A program made the position numbers and the translations under genes. DNA of 59,698 nt, filler included. It is 6 parts of 6 records of this genome, joined end to end, with 100 filler letters (N's around TTAATTAATTAA, not from the genome) between each part and the next. Parts side by side here need not be neighbours in the genome. Positions count along the whole stretch, not along the records: positions 10,798 to 27,380 come from SRR20825006_2858; positions 27,481 to 38,350 come from SRR20825006_2864; 4 more parts are not named here. The stretch is one strand, 5' to 3'. Every line of letters begins with the position of its first letter. Positions within the stretch are counted from its first letter, which is position 1. The notes beneath the pieces were generated by a model that was given only the letters and a program-made list of their open reading frames with translations, searched no databases and had not been told where the DNA came from. Shown piece by piece: positions 19,731 to 27,724 of this stretch.

Positions 19731-19890
19731 AGGTTTCGGATAAAAGATGACATATGAATTTTAGGAAGAAGCTTTTAGCTAAATAGCTTACATAAAAGCA
19801 ACATTTAAAATCTAAAATTCATAATTCAGAATCCCTACTCTTCTTTGCGTAGCACTGCTAAATAATTATGGCCGAGTACTTTTCAAAAAC

Positions 19891-21048
19891 TCACTTCCCT
19901 TCCAACCAAGAATACGGATAACTAGGATCGTCTAAACGCATTCCTTCCTCAGTTACAAAAAGCGGCTTAAAGGTATCTATCATCACGGCGTATTCATCCG
20001 TTGCTTCAGCACCAATACTTGCCTCCGCTTTTCCTGGATGCGGCCCATGAGGAATACCTCCAGGATGAAGGGTAATACTCGCGAAATCCATTCCTTTTCT
20101 ACTCATAAAATCGCCTTCAACGTAGTAAAGCATTTCGTCTGAATCTACATTGGAGTGATTATAAGGTGCAGGAATAGCGTCAGGATGATAATCGAATTTA
20201 CGCGGACAAAAACTACACACCACATAGTTATTAGCTGCAAAAGTTTGATGAACGGGCGGCGGCTGATGCACTCTCCCCGTAATCGGCTCAAAATCTTTAA
20301 TGTTGAAAATCCATGGATACAAATAACCATCCCAACCAACTACATCCAGCGGATGATGATCGAACCAATAGTGATGCATCCTCCCTCCTTTTTTTATACG
20401 AACTTCAAATTCGCCTTTCTCTTCGAAGTACAATTGTTCGGAAGGAAGCCGAAAATCTCGTTCACAAAACGGAGAATTTTCCATCAATTGTCCCATATCG
20501 GAAAGGTAACGTTTTGGAAATCCAATGGGCCCCGTTGAATCTACACACAGAAACCGATTTTCGGTGGTTTCAAAATTCATTTGGTACGTGGTTCCTCGAG
20601 GAATGTAAATGTAATCGCCATATTCAAAATCGAGTCGACCGAAATTAGTCTGGACATGGCCTTTTCCTTCATGGATAAACAATAGTTCGTCGTGCTCTCC
20701 ATTTCGATAGAAATAATTCATAGAATCGGTTGGGCGAGCCACCCCAATTTGAACATCGTTATTGAACATAAGCACTTTTCTGGCTGTAATGGAGTCTCCG
20801 CCAGCAGGAACATCCTTCGTTTTAAGATGCCTATGTCTCAACATCTGATTATCTGTCGCTTTTATCTCAATAACCTCGCCTGCCTCAATCCTAAGAACTC
20901 TCGTAGGCATGTGATAGTGATAAAGGAGCGAACTATTTCCATGAAATCCTTCAGCCCCAAAAAGCTCTTCGGTAAAAAGCTCACCATCTGGGCGTCGAAA
21001 AACGGTATGCCTCTTATGAGGAATGGTTCCTAAAGAATGGTAATACAT
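19891..21048 (-). CDS. hmgA: Homogentisate 1,2-dioxygenase
   Basis: HPLDVVGWDG, RVHQPPPVHQTF, PYNHSNVDSDE, HPGGIPHGP. Confidence 0.95.
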   Translation of the reverse strand: MYYHSLGTIPHKRHTVFRRPDGELFTEELFGAEGFHGNSSLLYHYHMPTRVLRIEAGEVIEIKATDNQMLRHRHLKTKDVPAGGDSITARKVLMFNNDVQIGVARPTDSMNYFYRNGEHDELLFIHEGKGHVQTNFGRLDFEYGDYIYIPRGTTYQMNFETTENRFLCVDSTGPIGFPKRYLSDMGQLMENSPFCERDFRLPSEQLYFEEKGEFEVRIKKGGRMHHYWFDHHPLDVVGWDGYLYPWIFNIKDFEPITGRVHQPPPVHQTFAANNYVVCSFCPRKFDYHPDAIPAPYNHSNVDSDEMLYYVEGDFMSRKGMDFASITLHPGGIPHGPHPGKAEASIGAEATDEYAVMIDTFKPLFVTEEGMRLDDPSYPYSWLEGK

Positions 21049-21089
21049 GACAATAAATTAAGAATGAAAAGTTTGAAATCAAGAATTCA

Positions 21090-22226
21090 CTACAGGTTTC
21101 CTCTCAAGTCCTGCTCTCGCTCAATAGCTTCGAATAAGGCTTTAAAGTTACCTTTTCCAAAACCGCGTGCGCCTTTTCTTTGAATGATTTCATAGAAAAG
21201 CGTTGGTCGATCTACAACTGGTTTGCTAAATATTTGCAATAGATAACCTTCATCATCACAATCAACAAGGATACCAAGTTCAGCTAATTTATCAATGGGC
21301 TCATCAATTTTGCCCACTCGTTCTTCAAGCTCGTCGTAATAACTTGTGGGAATGGCTAAAAACTCGAGTCCTCGTTCTCTTAGCTTTGTGACGGTTTCGA
21401 TAATATCCCCTGTCAGAAGCGCTAAATGCTGAACTCCTGGCCCTTCAAAAAAGTCGAGATATTCTTCGATTTGCGATTTCTTAGCACCATCAGCAGGCTC
21501 ATTAATTGGGAATTTTATCATTCCACGCCCACCAGCCATCACTTTACTCATAAGCGCAGAATATTCCGTAGAAATATCTTTGTCATCAAAGCTGATGTAT
21601 TGCGTAAAGCCAAGCACATCACGATAAAAGGCCACCCAATCATCCATCTTTCCTAGTTCAACATTTCCAACACAATGATCTACAAATTGAATACCTACTG
21701 AACTAGATTTCAGTGTGCTTTCTTTTGCCGCATACCCTGGAAGAAAAATTCCATTATACTCTGAACGGTTTATGAAGGTATGAATCACATCTCCGTATGT
21801 TTTAATAGCTGCTTTGCGAATGGTTCCTGTTTCGTCTGAAATGCTATGAGGAGCTTCCACGGCAACAGCCCCACGCTTAACACTTTCATTAAAAGCGCGA
21901 TCTACATCTTCAACATGCATCGCAATATCCTTTATTCCATCACCATGTTTATGAATAAATTCCGAAATAGGCGAAGAGCTATTTAACGGAGCTGTAAGTA
22001 CAAATCGGATATTTCCTTGTTCCAAATAGAAGGAAGATCGATCTCGAACTCCCGTTTCTAAACCCGAATATGCTTTTAACTCGAACCCAAACATAGTCAT
22101 GTAATAATGAGCGGCTTGCTTAGCGTTACTCACATAGTGCTCGATGTAATCTACATCTTGTAAGCCAAGATGATCATCAAACTTTTCTTCTATGGGGCGT
22201 TTTAAAACATCTAGTAACTCAGCCAT
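21090..22226 (-). CDS. hppD: 4-hydroxyphenylpyruvate dioxygenase
   Basis: HGDG, DHCVGNV, KSQIEEY, GVQHLAL, GYLLQIF, EIIQRKG..GFGKGNFKALFEAIEREQ. Confidence 0.97.
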   Translation of the reverse strand: MAELLDVLKRPIEEKFDDHLGLQDVDYIEHYVSNAKQAAHYYMTMFGFELKAYSGLETGVRDRSSFYLEQGNIRFVLTAPLNSSSPISEFIHKHGDGIKDIAMHVEDVDRAFNESVKRGAVAVEAPHSISDETGTIRKAAIKTYGDVIHTFINRSEYNGIFLPGYAAKESTLKSSSVGIQFVDHCVGNVELGKMDDWVAFYRDVLGFTQYISFDDKDISTEYSALMSKVMAGGRGMIKFPINEPADGAKKSQIEEYLDFFEGPGVQHLALLTGDIIETVTKLRERGLEFLAIPTSYYDELEERVGKIDEPIDKLAELGILVDCDDEGYLLQIFSKPVVDRPTLFYEIIQRKGARGFGKGNFKALFEAIEREQDLRGNL

Positions 22227-22272
22227 GATCTTCTCTTTGTCTAATTTCTAATTTATTAGCTTAAAGTATAAA

Positions 22273-22409
22273 AAAAAGCGCTTCCATGCAGTAATTCTAC
22301 TATCTTGATTCATAAAATTATGTAATACTGAAACATTCAATAAATCTGATAACTTTATAAAGTGAACTTCCCTTTTTAAATTCTCGTTGGATATTAAAAA
22401 GCGCTTCCA
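22273..22409. promoter_or_regulatory. Two identical 14-bp sites in the hppD/paaA divergent promoter region (candidate LacI-type operators)
   Basis: AAAAAGCGCTTCCA at 22273-22286 and 22396-22409; palindromic core AAGCGCTT. Confidence 0.6.
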
Positions 22410-22429
22410 AAAAAATTGTATATTTAGAT

Positions 22430-23374
22430 ATGGACACACAAAAACAATTAGACGACTTTCAAGCCCGTATTGACGCTGGTGAAAAAATTGAACCCAAAGA
22501 TTGGATGCCTGAACGCTATCGGCAGCAACTTATTCGTATTTCAAGTCAGCATGCTCATTCTGAAATTGTAGGAATGCTTCCGGAAGGAAATTGGATTCAG
22601 CGTGCGCCTTCTTTAAAGCGGAAATTAGTATTACTTGCCAAGGTTCAAGACGAAGCTGGCCATGGTCTATATTTATATAGTGGAACGGAAACACTCGGAA
22701 TTAGCCGTGACGAAATGGTTCGTCAATATCTATACGGCAAAGCTAAATATTCGAGTATTTTCAACTATCCAACGCTTAGTTATGCTGATGTGTGCGTAAT
22801 TGGATGGCTTGTTGATGGTGCTGCCATCGTAAATCAAACAATGTTGGCGCATTCTTCCTATGGTCCTTATTCTCGTGCAAACCTTAGAATTTGTCGTGAA
22901 GAAAGCTTCCACAAAAAACAGGGTTACGAAATGGTAGCTCGTATGATGGAAGGAACACCCGCTCAGCGAAAAATGGTACAAGAGTCTGTTGATAGACTTT
23001 GGTGGGCTACATTAATGATGTTTGGACCAAACGATTCAGAATCTCCGAACAGCGCCGAACTCATCAAATGGCAAGTAAAGCTAAAAACCAATGATGAGCT
23101 ACGTCAGCATTTTGTAGATCGCGTTGTGATGGAAGCCGATGCTATTGGTGTAACTTTCCCCGACCCTGATTTAAAATTTGATGAAGAAACGGGACATTGG
23201 AATTTCGGTGAAATCCCTTGGGATGAATTTTGGGATGTTGTGAAAGGAAATGGCGTTATGAATCGTGAACGTATTAAATCACGTCGAAACGCCTACGAAA
23301 ACGGTGCATGGGTTCGCGAAGCTGCATTAGCTTACGCTCGAAAAAAGAGACTCAAAGAAGAAAAGGCATCGTAG
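22430..23374 (+). CDS. paaA: 1,2-phenylacetyl-CoA epoxidase subunit A
   Basis: [39 protein letters not shown]. Confidence 0.97.
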   Translation: MDTQKQLDDFQARIDAGEKIEPKDWMPERYRQQLIRISSQHAHSEIVGMLPEGNWIQRAPSLKRKLVLLAKVQDEAGHGLYLYSGTETLGISRDEMVRQYLYGKAKYSSIFNYPTLSYADVCVIGWLVDGAAIVNQTMLAHSSYGPYSRANLRICREESFHKKQGYEMVARMMEGTPAQRKMVQESVDRLWWATLMMFGPNDSESPNSAELIKWQVKLKTNDELRQHFVDRVVMEADAIGVTFPDPDLKFDEETGHWNFGEIPWDEFWDVVKGNGVMNRERIKSRRNAYENGAWVREAALAYARKKRLKEEKAS

Positions 23375-23443
23375 TTAGAAATCAATTACAAAATTCAGAA
23401 TCTCGTATTCTGAGTTCTTAGAAGTTTAAAACAAAATTGAACA

Positions 23444-23752
23444 ATGGCAGATAATCATTCAAATAATAATTCAGAATGGCCTCTCTGGGAGGTTTTCACT
23501 CAACCGAAATCAGGAAAGCCTCACGAACACGCAGGCAGTTTACATGCTGTAGATGCCGAAAACGCTCTTCAAAATGCTCGCGATGTATACTCTAGGCGAA
23601 ATGAAGGTGTTAGTATTTGGGTAGTTCCATCTGACCAAATCACCGCTTCTACCCCTGAAGATATGGGGCCGTTTTTCGATCCTGCGAGTGATAAACCTTA
23701 TCGACATCCTCAATTTTATAGTGTTCCTAGAGCCGTTAAAAAAAGATCTTAA
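23444..23752 (+). CDS. paaB: 1,2-phenylacetyl-CoA epoxidase subunit B
   Basis: WPLWEVF, HAGSLHA, ARDVYSRRNEGVSIWVV, KPYRHP. Confidence 0.96.
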   Translation: MADNHSNNNSEWPLWEVFTQPKSGKPHEHAGSLHAVDAENALQNARDVYSRRNEGVSIWVVPSDQITASTPEDMGPFFDPASDKPYRHPQFYSVPRAVKKRS

Positions 23753-23817
23753 GTTTTGTTATTAGTGACCTCGTAATTACTGATCGCTACTAACTTTTAT
23801 GTTTTGAATTACTATTT

Positions 23818-24600
23818 ATGACAACAACCGACAAATTATCCAATCAAGAAGCTTTTATAACTTACTTACTCCGTTTAGCTGACGACCGCTTAATTCTTGG
23901 TCAACGTATTTCTGAGTGGTGTGGCCATGGTCCTGAACTTGAAGAAGATTTGGCTCTTGCCAATATTGCTCTCGACCTCATAGGCCATGCATCCGCATTA
24001 TACGAATTAGCTGGAATTGTTGAAGGTGAAGGCCACGACGAAGACCATTTCGCTTATTTCCGTGATGATGCCGACTTCACCAATTTGCAGCTTTGCGAAC
24101 TCCCAAACGATGACTTCGCGTTTACGATTGCTCGGCTCTTCCTATTTAGTGCTTTTGGTTATTTCCTCTATGAAGAACTTCAGAATGCTTCTAATCCACA
24201 GTTTAAAGGAATGGTAGAGAAACACTTTAAAGAAGTGAAATACCACCTTCGGCATTCGCGGGATTGGGTACTCCGTTTAGGAGATGGAACAGACGAAAGT
24301 CACAAACGCATTCAAGATGCATTTGACGAAATTTGGATGTACGTGGGTGAACTATTTTTTATGGATGAAGTGGACGAAATCGTACGGAATGATGGCAACG
24401 GTGTAAACTTGGCTTCTTTCTACTCAAACTGGAAAGCACTTGTGGAAAACACCCTCGACGAGGCAACAATTACAGTTCCAGATTGGGAGCAATTTATGAT
24501 GAAAGGAAGTCGAAATGGAATGCATACCGAACACCTTGGACATATGCTTTCAACTATGCAATTTTTGAGACGTTCTCACCCAGATGCCGTTTGGAAGTGA
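23818..24600 (+). CDS. paaC: 1,2-phenylacetyl-CoA epoxidase subunit C
   Basis: LILGQRISEWCGHGPELEEDLALANIALD, KEVKYH, RLGDGTDES, HTEHLG. Confidence 0.96.
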   Translation: MTTTDKLSNQEAFITYLLRLADDRLILGQRISEWCGHGPELEEDLALANIALDLIGHASALYELAGIVEGEGHDEDHFAYFRDDADFTNLQLCELPNDDFAFTIARLFLFSAFGYFLYEELQNASNPQFKGMVEKHFKEVKYHLRHSRDWVLRLGDGTDESHKRIQDAFDEIWMYVGELFFMDEVDEIVRNDGNGVNLASFYSNWKALVENTLDEATITVPDWEQFMMKGSRNGMHTEHLGHMLSTMQFLRRSHPDAVWK

Positions 24601-24603
24601 AAT

Positions 24604-24658
24604 AGTATTTAGTACTGAGTATAGAGTAGTTAGTATTGAGATATTAGTTTTAGTATCT
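24604..24658 (+). repeat. Degenerate 7-bp tandem repeat (about 8 units)
   Basis: AGTATTT AGTACTG AGTATAG AGTAGTT AGTATTG AGATATT AGTTTT AGTATCT. Confidence 0.6.
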
Positions 24659-24703
24659 CGTTCAAAAATTTAAACCAGTCCATTAGTATCTGATTGACAC
24701 TAA

Positions 24704-25213
24704 ATGCCAGTTAAAGAAACACATACTAAAGAGCAGATTTGGGAATATATCCGAGAGGTCACTGATCCTGAAATTCCTGTGCTTAATATTATTGAGATGG
24801 GAATTGCCCGAAGTGTGGATATAGATAGCGATGGAAAGGTTCTAGTTAAAATTACCCCAACATATTCTGGTTGCCCTGCGATGAGTGCCATTGAAAATAT
24901 GGTTCGGGAAAAGCTGGAAGAAAAACGAGTAGAAGCATTTGATGTGCAACTAGATTATTCTGAAGCATGGACCACCGACTGGATGACGGAAGAGGCAAAA
25001 GCCAAATTGAAAGATTATGGAATTGCTCCACCAGAAAAATCGACAAGTGATGATGATTTCTTGAACAGCCTCTCAGCCACTAAAATTGTCCCATGTCCTT
25101 TTTGTGATTCTTTTGAAACAGAACTTCAAAGTCAATTTGGATCAACCGCTTGTAAATCGCAATATTTTTGCAATTCCTGTCATCAACCATTTGAACACTT
25201 TAAGTGTATTTAA
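24704..25213 (+). CDS. paaD: 1,2-phenylacetyl-CoA epoxidase subunit D (PaaD/PaaJ, SufT-like)
   Basis: VTDPEIP, TPTYSGCPAM, WTTDWM, YGIAPP, FGSTACK...PFEHFKCI. Confidence 0.95.
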   Translation: MPVKETHTKEQIWEYIREVTDPEIPVLNIIEMGIARSVDIDSDGKVLVKITPTYSGCPAMSAIENMVREKLEEKRVEAFDVQLDYSEAWTTDWMTEEAKAKLKDYGIAPPEKSTSDDDFLNSLSATKIVPCPFCDSFETELQSQFGSTACKSQYFCNSCHQPFEHFKCI

Positions 25214-25304
25214 ACAGCGCCGATATGAGTTTAAACTTAGAAATCACTTTTTGTAGTCGCTCAAATAAATTTACATTTCTATAAATCGAATTAAATTCAA
25301 GCTT

Positions 25305-25676
25305 ATGAAATCTCACATTCTTTCAATCGCCTTGGTTTCTCTCCTGTTTTCAATCACTGGATTTTCCCAAACATTGATACAAAAAGAAACAAATATAGAT
25401 ACTTCTGACCTTCACTTTTTACCCAGTTCTACGACTGATTTTGTAGCGAATTTTTCTACAAAAACTTCCCTAAAAAAAACCGATAACAAAAAAAACAGCT
25501 TCCTTTTAGGAACAGGTTATTTACTCCAAGGTTTAAAATTCAGTTCGGTTATTGACCAGTTTAATGCTACTGCTCCTTTTGATGCTCGTGGATTTGAGCC
25601 TGCCTCATTTAGCTCTTATTCGGATCTTATTGAAACCAATTATTTACTTCTGAATCCTACAAAGCCCGTAAAATGA
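25305..25676 (+). CDS. Hypothetical secreted protein
   Basis: Signal peptide ending GFS-Q; stop overlaps the paaG start (ATGA). Confidence 0.6.
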   Translation: MKSHILSIALVSLLFSITGFSQTLIQKETNIDTSDLHFLPSSTTDFVANFSTKTSLKKTDNKKNSFLLGTGYLLQGLKFSSVIDQFNATAPFDARGFEPASFSSYSDLIETNYLLLNPTKPVK

Positions 25677-26464
25677 GTCAACAATTTATTACTTCCTCTT
25701 TAGAATCTGGCGTCCTTAAAATCGTTCTTAATCGCCCTGACAAACTAAACAGTTTTAATTACGGAATGGCTGAAGAAGTTCAAGATGCATTTATCGAAGC
25801 CGCTTCAAACACTGAAGTTCGTTGCGTTTTACTTACAGGAATGGGACGTGCTTTTTGCGCAGGTCAGGATTTGGAAGAAGTTGTTGAAATTGGAAAAGAC
25901 CCAACTCGCAAGTTAAGCGAAGTGGTTCATCACACCTACAATCCAATTATAAAAGCTATCCGGAATTTGGAGAAGCCAGTAATCTGTGCAGTTAATGGTA
26001 CAGCTGCTGGCGCTGGCGCCAATATTGCCCTTGCCTGCGATATGGTTATTGCTAACGAAGACGCCAAATTCATTCAATCATTTTCAAATATTGGTTTGAT
26101 TCCTGATAGCGCTGGAACATACATTTTACCTCGTTTAATAGGTTTAGCGAGAGCAACAGAGCTTACATTTACCGGACGTCCAGTTAAAGCTCCTGAAGCT
26201 GTTGCTATGGGAATGATTTATAAATCTGTTCCCGCTGAAGAATTAATGGATGAAACTATAACACTATGTAAACATTTGGCGAACATGCCAACATACGGCC
26301 TAGGACTTACAAAACGAGGGTTTAATGCTGGTTTCAGTAATTCCCTTGAAGAACAAATGGAACTCGAAGCTGAGCTCCAAGCAAAAGCAGGTGCTTCAAA
26401 AGATTACAACGAAGGAGTGCAAGCATTTCTAGAAAAAAGAAAACCTAAATTCACAGGGAGTTAA
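25673..26464 (+). CDS. paaG: Crotonase-family 2-(1,2-epoxy-1,2-dihydrophenyl)acetyl-CoA isomerase
   Basis: LNRPDKLNSFN, RAFCAGQDL, AVNGTAAGAGANIALACD, IGLIPDSAG; paa context. Confidence 0.88.
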   Translation: MSQQFITSSLESGVLKIVLNRPDKLNSFNYGMAEEVQDAFIEAASNTEVRCVLLTGMGRAFCAGQDLEEVVEIGKDPTRKLSEVVHHTYNPIIKAIRNLEKPVICAVNGTAAGAGANIALACDMVIANEDAKFIQSFSNIGLIPDSAGTYILPRLIGLARATELTFTGRPVKAPEAVAMGMIYKSVPAEELMDETITLCKHLANMPTYGLGLTKRGFNAGFSNSLEEQMELEAELQAKAGASKDYNEGVQAFLEKRKPKFTGS

Positions 26465-26465
26465 A

Positions 26466-26837
26466 ATGAAACTCATTCTCAAACTTGAACAAACGGCTCT
26501 TTTTCTATTTTCCATCATTCTGTTTTCTGAAATCTCAGACTTGCCTTGGTATTTTTACGCAGTATTGTTTTTTGTACCTGATGTTTCCTTTATCGCTTAT
26601 GCTATAAATTCAAAAATTGGTGCCGTATTCTACAATCTACTTCACCATCAAGGTATCTGGATTATGGTTGCCGTTTTGGGCTTTTACGCCGAACTCGAGT
26701 GGCTCTTAGGGCTTGGAATAGTATTTATAGGACATGCCGCTTTCGATCGCCTCTTCGATTATGGGCTTAAGTACTCGGATAGTTTTAAGCATACTCATTT
26801 AGGCGTTATTGGTAAAAACTCCACTACTGAAAAATAA
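26466..26837 (+). CDS. DUF4260-family membrane protein
   Basis: LKLE, PDVS..AY, YNLLHH, H..FDR.FDYGLKY.DSFKHTHLG. Confidence 0.8.
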   Translation: MKLILKLEQTALFLFSIILFSEISDLPWYFYAVLFFVPDVSFIAYAINSKIGAVFYNLLHHQGIWIMVAVLGFYAELEWLLGLGIVFIGHAAFDRLFDYGLKYSDSFKHTHLGVIGKNSTTEK

Positions 26838-26845
26838 AGATTCGT

Positions 26846-27049
26846 ATGAAAACTCAAACTATCATCACTTGCCCAAACTGTTCCACAACTCATTCGGCAA
26901 CTATGCCAACCGTTAGTTGCCAGTTCTTTTGGGAATGCCCTAGTTGTAATTCAATAGCAAAGCCAAAAAGTGGTGATTGTTGTGTTTTCTGCTCCTATGC
27001 TGAAGATAAATGCCCTCCAATGCAATCTGGCACAGGTTGTAGCTGCTAA
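26846..27049 (+). CDS. GDCCVxC domain-containing small Cys-rich protein
   Basis: ITCPNC...MP...CQFFWEC..C...KPK.GDCCVFCSY...CPP. Confidence 0.85.
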   Translation: MKTQTIITCPNCSTTHSATMPTVSCQFFWECPSCNSIAKPKSGDCCVFCSYAEDKCPPMQSGTGCSC

Positions 27050-27179
27050 TTATTATTTAATAGAAGTTAAAGTTTGTTCTATTTACATATTGTAACCGTC
27101 TCACTTTGGGTTAATCCAAGGATTCTAGTTACAATCGACCTAACTAACACAGCACAACTTTAAATCAATAAACTAACTC

Positions 27180-27380
27180 ATGACAAAGTATTCTATACGT
27201 ATCGTTTCTGCTTTTCTATTAGTCTTTAGTTTTGTTGGAACCCTCGCTGTACAGGCTCAATCTGATATCTTCGAAAAACTCGAAGAAATTGCCATCATTG
27301 ATCAAAAAGTGATGATGCCTATGCGCGACGGAACTCGACTAGCTACCGACATTTATCGTCCTAAAGGGGACAAAAAAGTT
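27180..27380 (+). CDS. CocE/NonD-family hydrolase, N-terminal fragment (cut by contig end)
   Basis: Signal peptide followed by VMMPMRDGTRLATDIYRP. Confidence 0.8.
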
Positions 27381-27480
27381 NNNNNNNNNNNNNNNNNNNN
27401 NNNNNNNNNNNNNNNNNNNNNNNNTTAATTAATTAANNNNNNNNNNNNNNNNNNNNNNNNNNNNNNNNNNNNNNNNNNNN
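27381..27480. other. Artificial contig-join linker
   Basis: N-run + TTAATTAATTAA + N-run. Confidence 0.99.
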
Positions 27481-27486
27481 GACGCC

Positions 27487-27550
27487 AACCGGGGCTAACG
27501 CCCATCGGCTCATCGTTGTCATTCGGGATACGACTCAATCAACAGGCTGC
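27487..27550 (-). repeat. Dispersed repeat / REP-like element at contig end
   Basis: Reverse complement of 27525-27550 (GCAGCCTGTTGATTGAGTCGTATCCC) matches 38325-38350 at 22/26. Adjacent ATGAGCCGATGGGCG resembles GTGAGCCGTTTGGGCG at about 38203. Confidence 0.55.
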
Positions 27551-27724
27551 CAATTCAGATTACCAGCACGTCTAGTGCCAATGTCGTAGAAATTGCCCTT
27601 CGACATTCACGTCCGACGATCCGTTGCAAAAACCAAACGAAAAAGCCCACTCAACTCCGTCTCCGGCGATGAGTGGGCTGGGGTTTGCTCGATTGAACTT
27701 CAGCGATCAGTCGAATTTCAGCGG

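Noticed and set aside
24604-24658. Possible CRISPR array
   Set aside because: 7-bp degenerate units with no spacers and no cas genes.
26846-27049. Possible selenoprotein
   Set aside because: All Cys codons are TGT/TGC and the stop is TAA.
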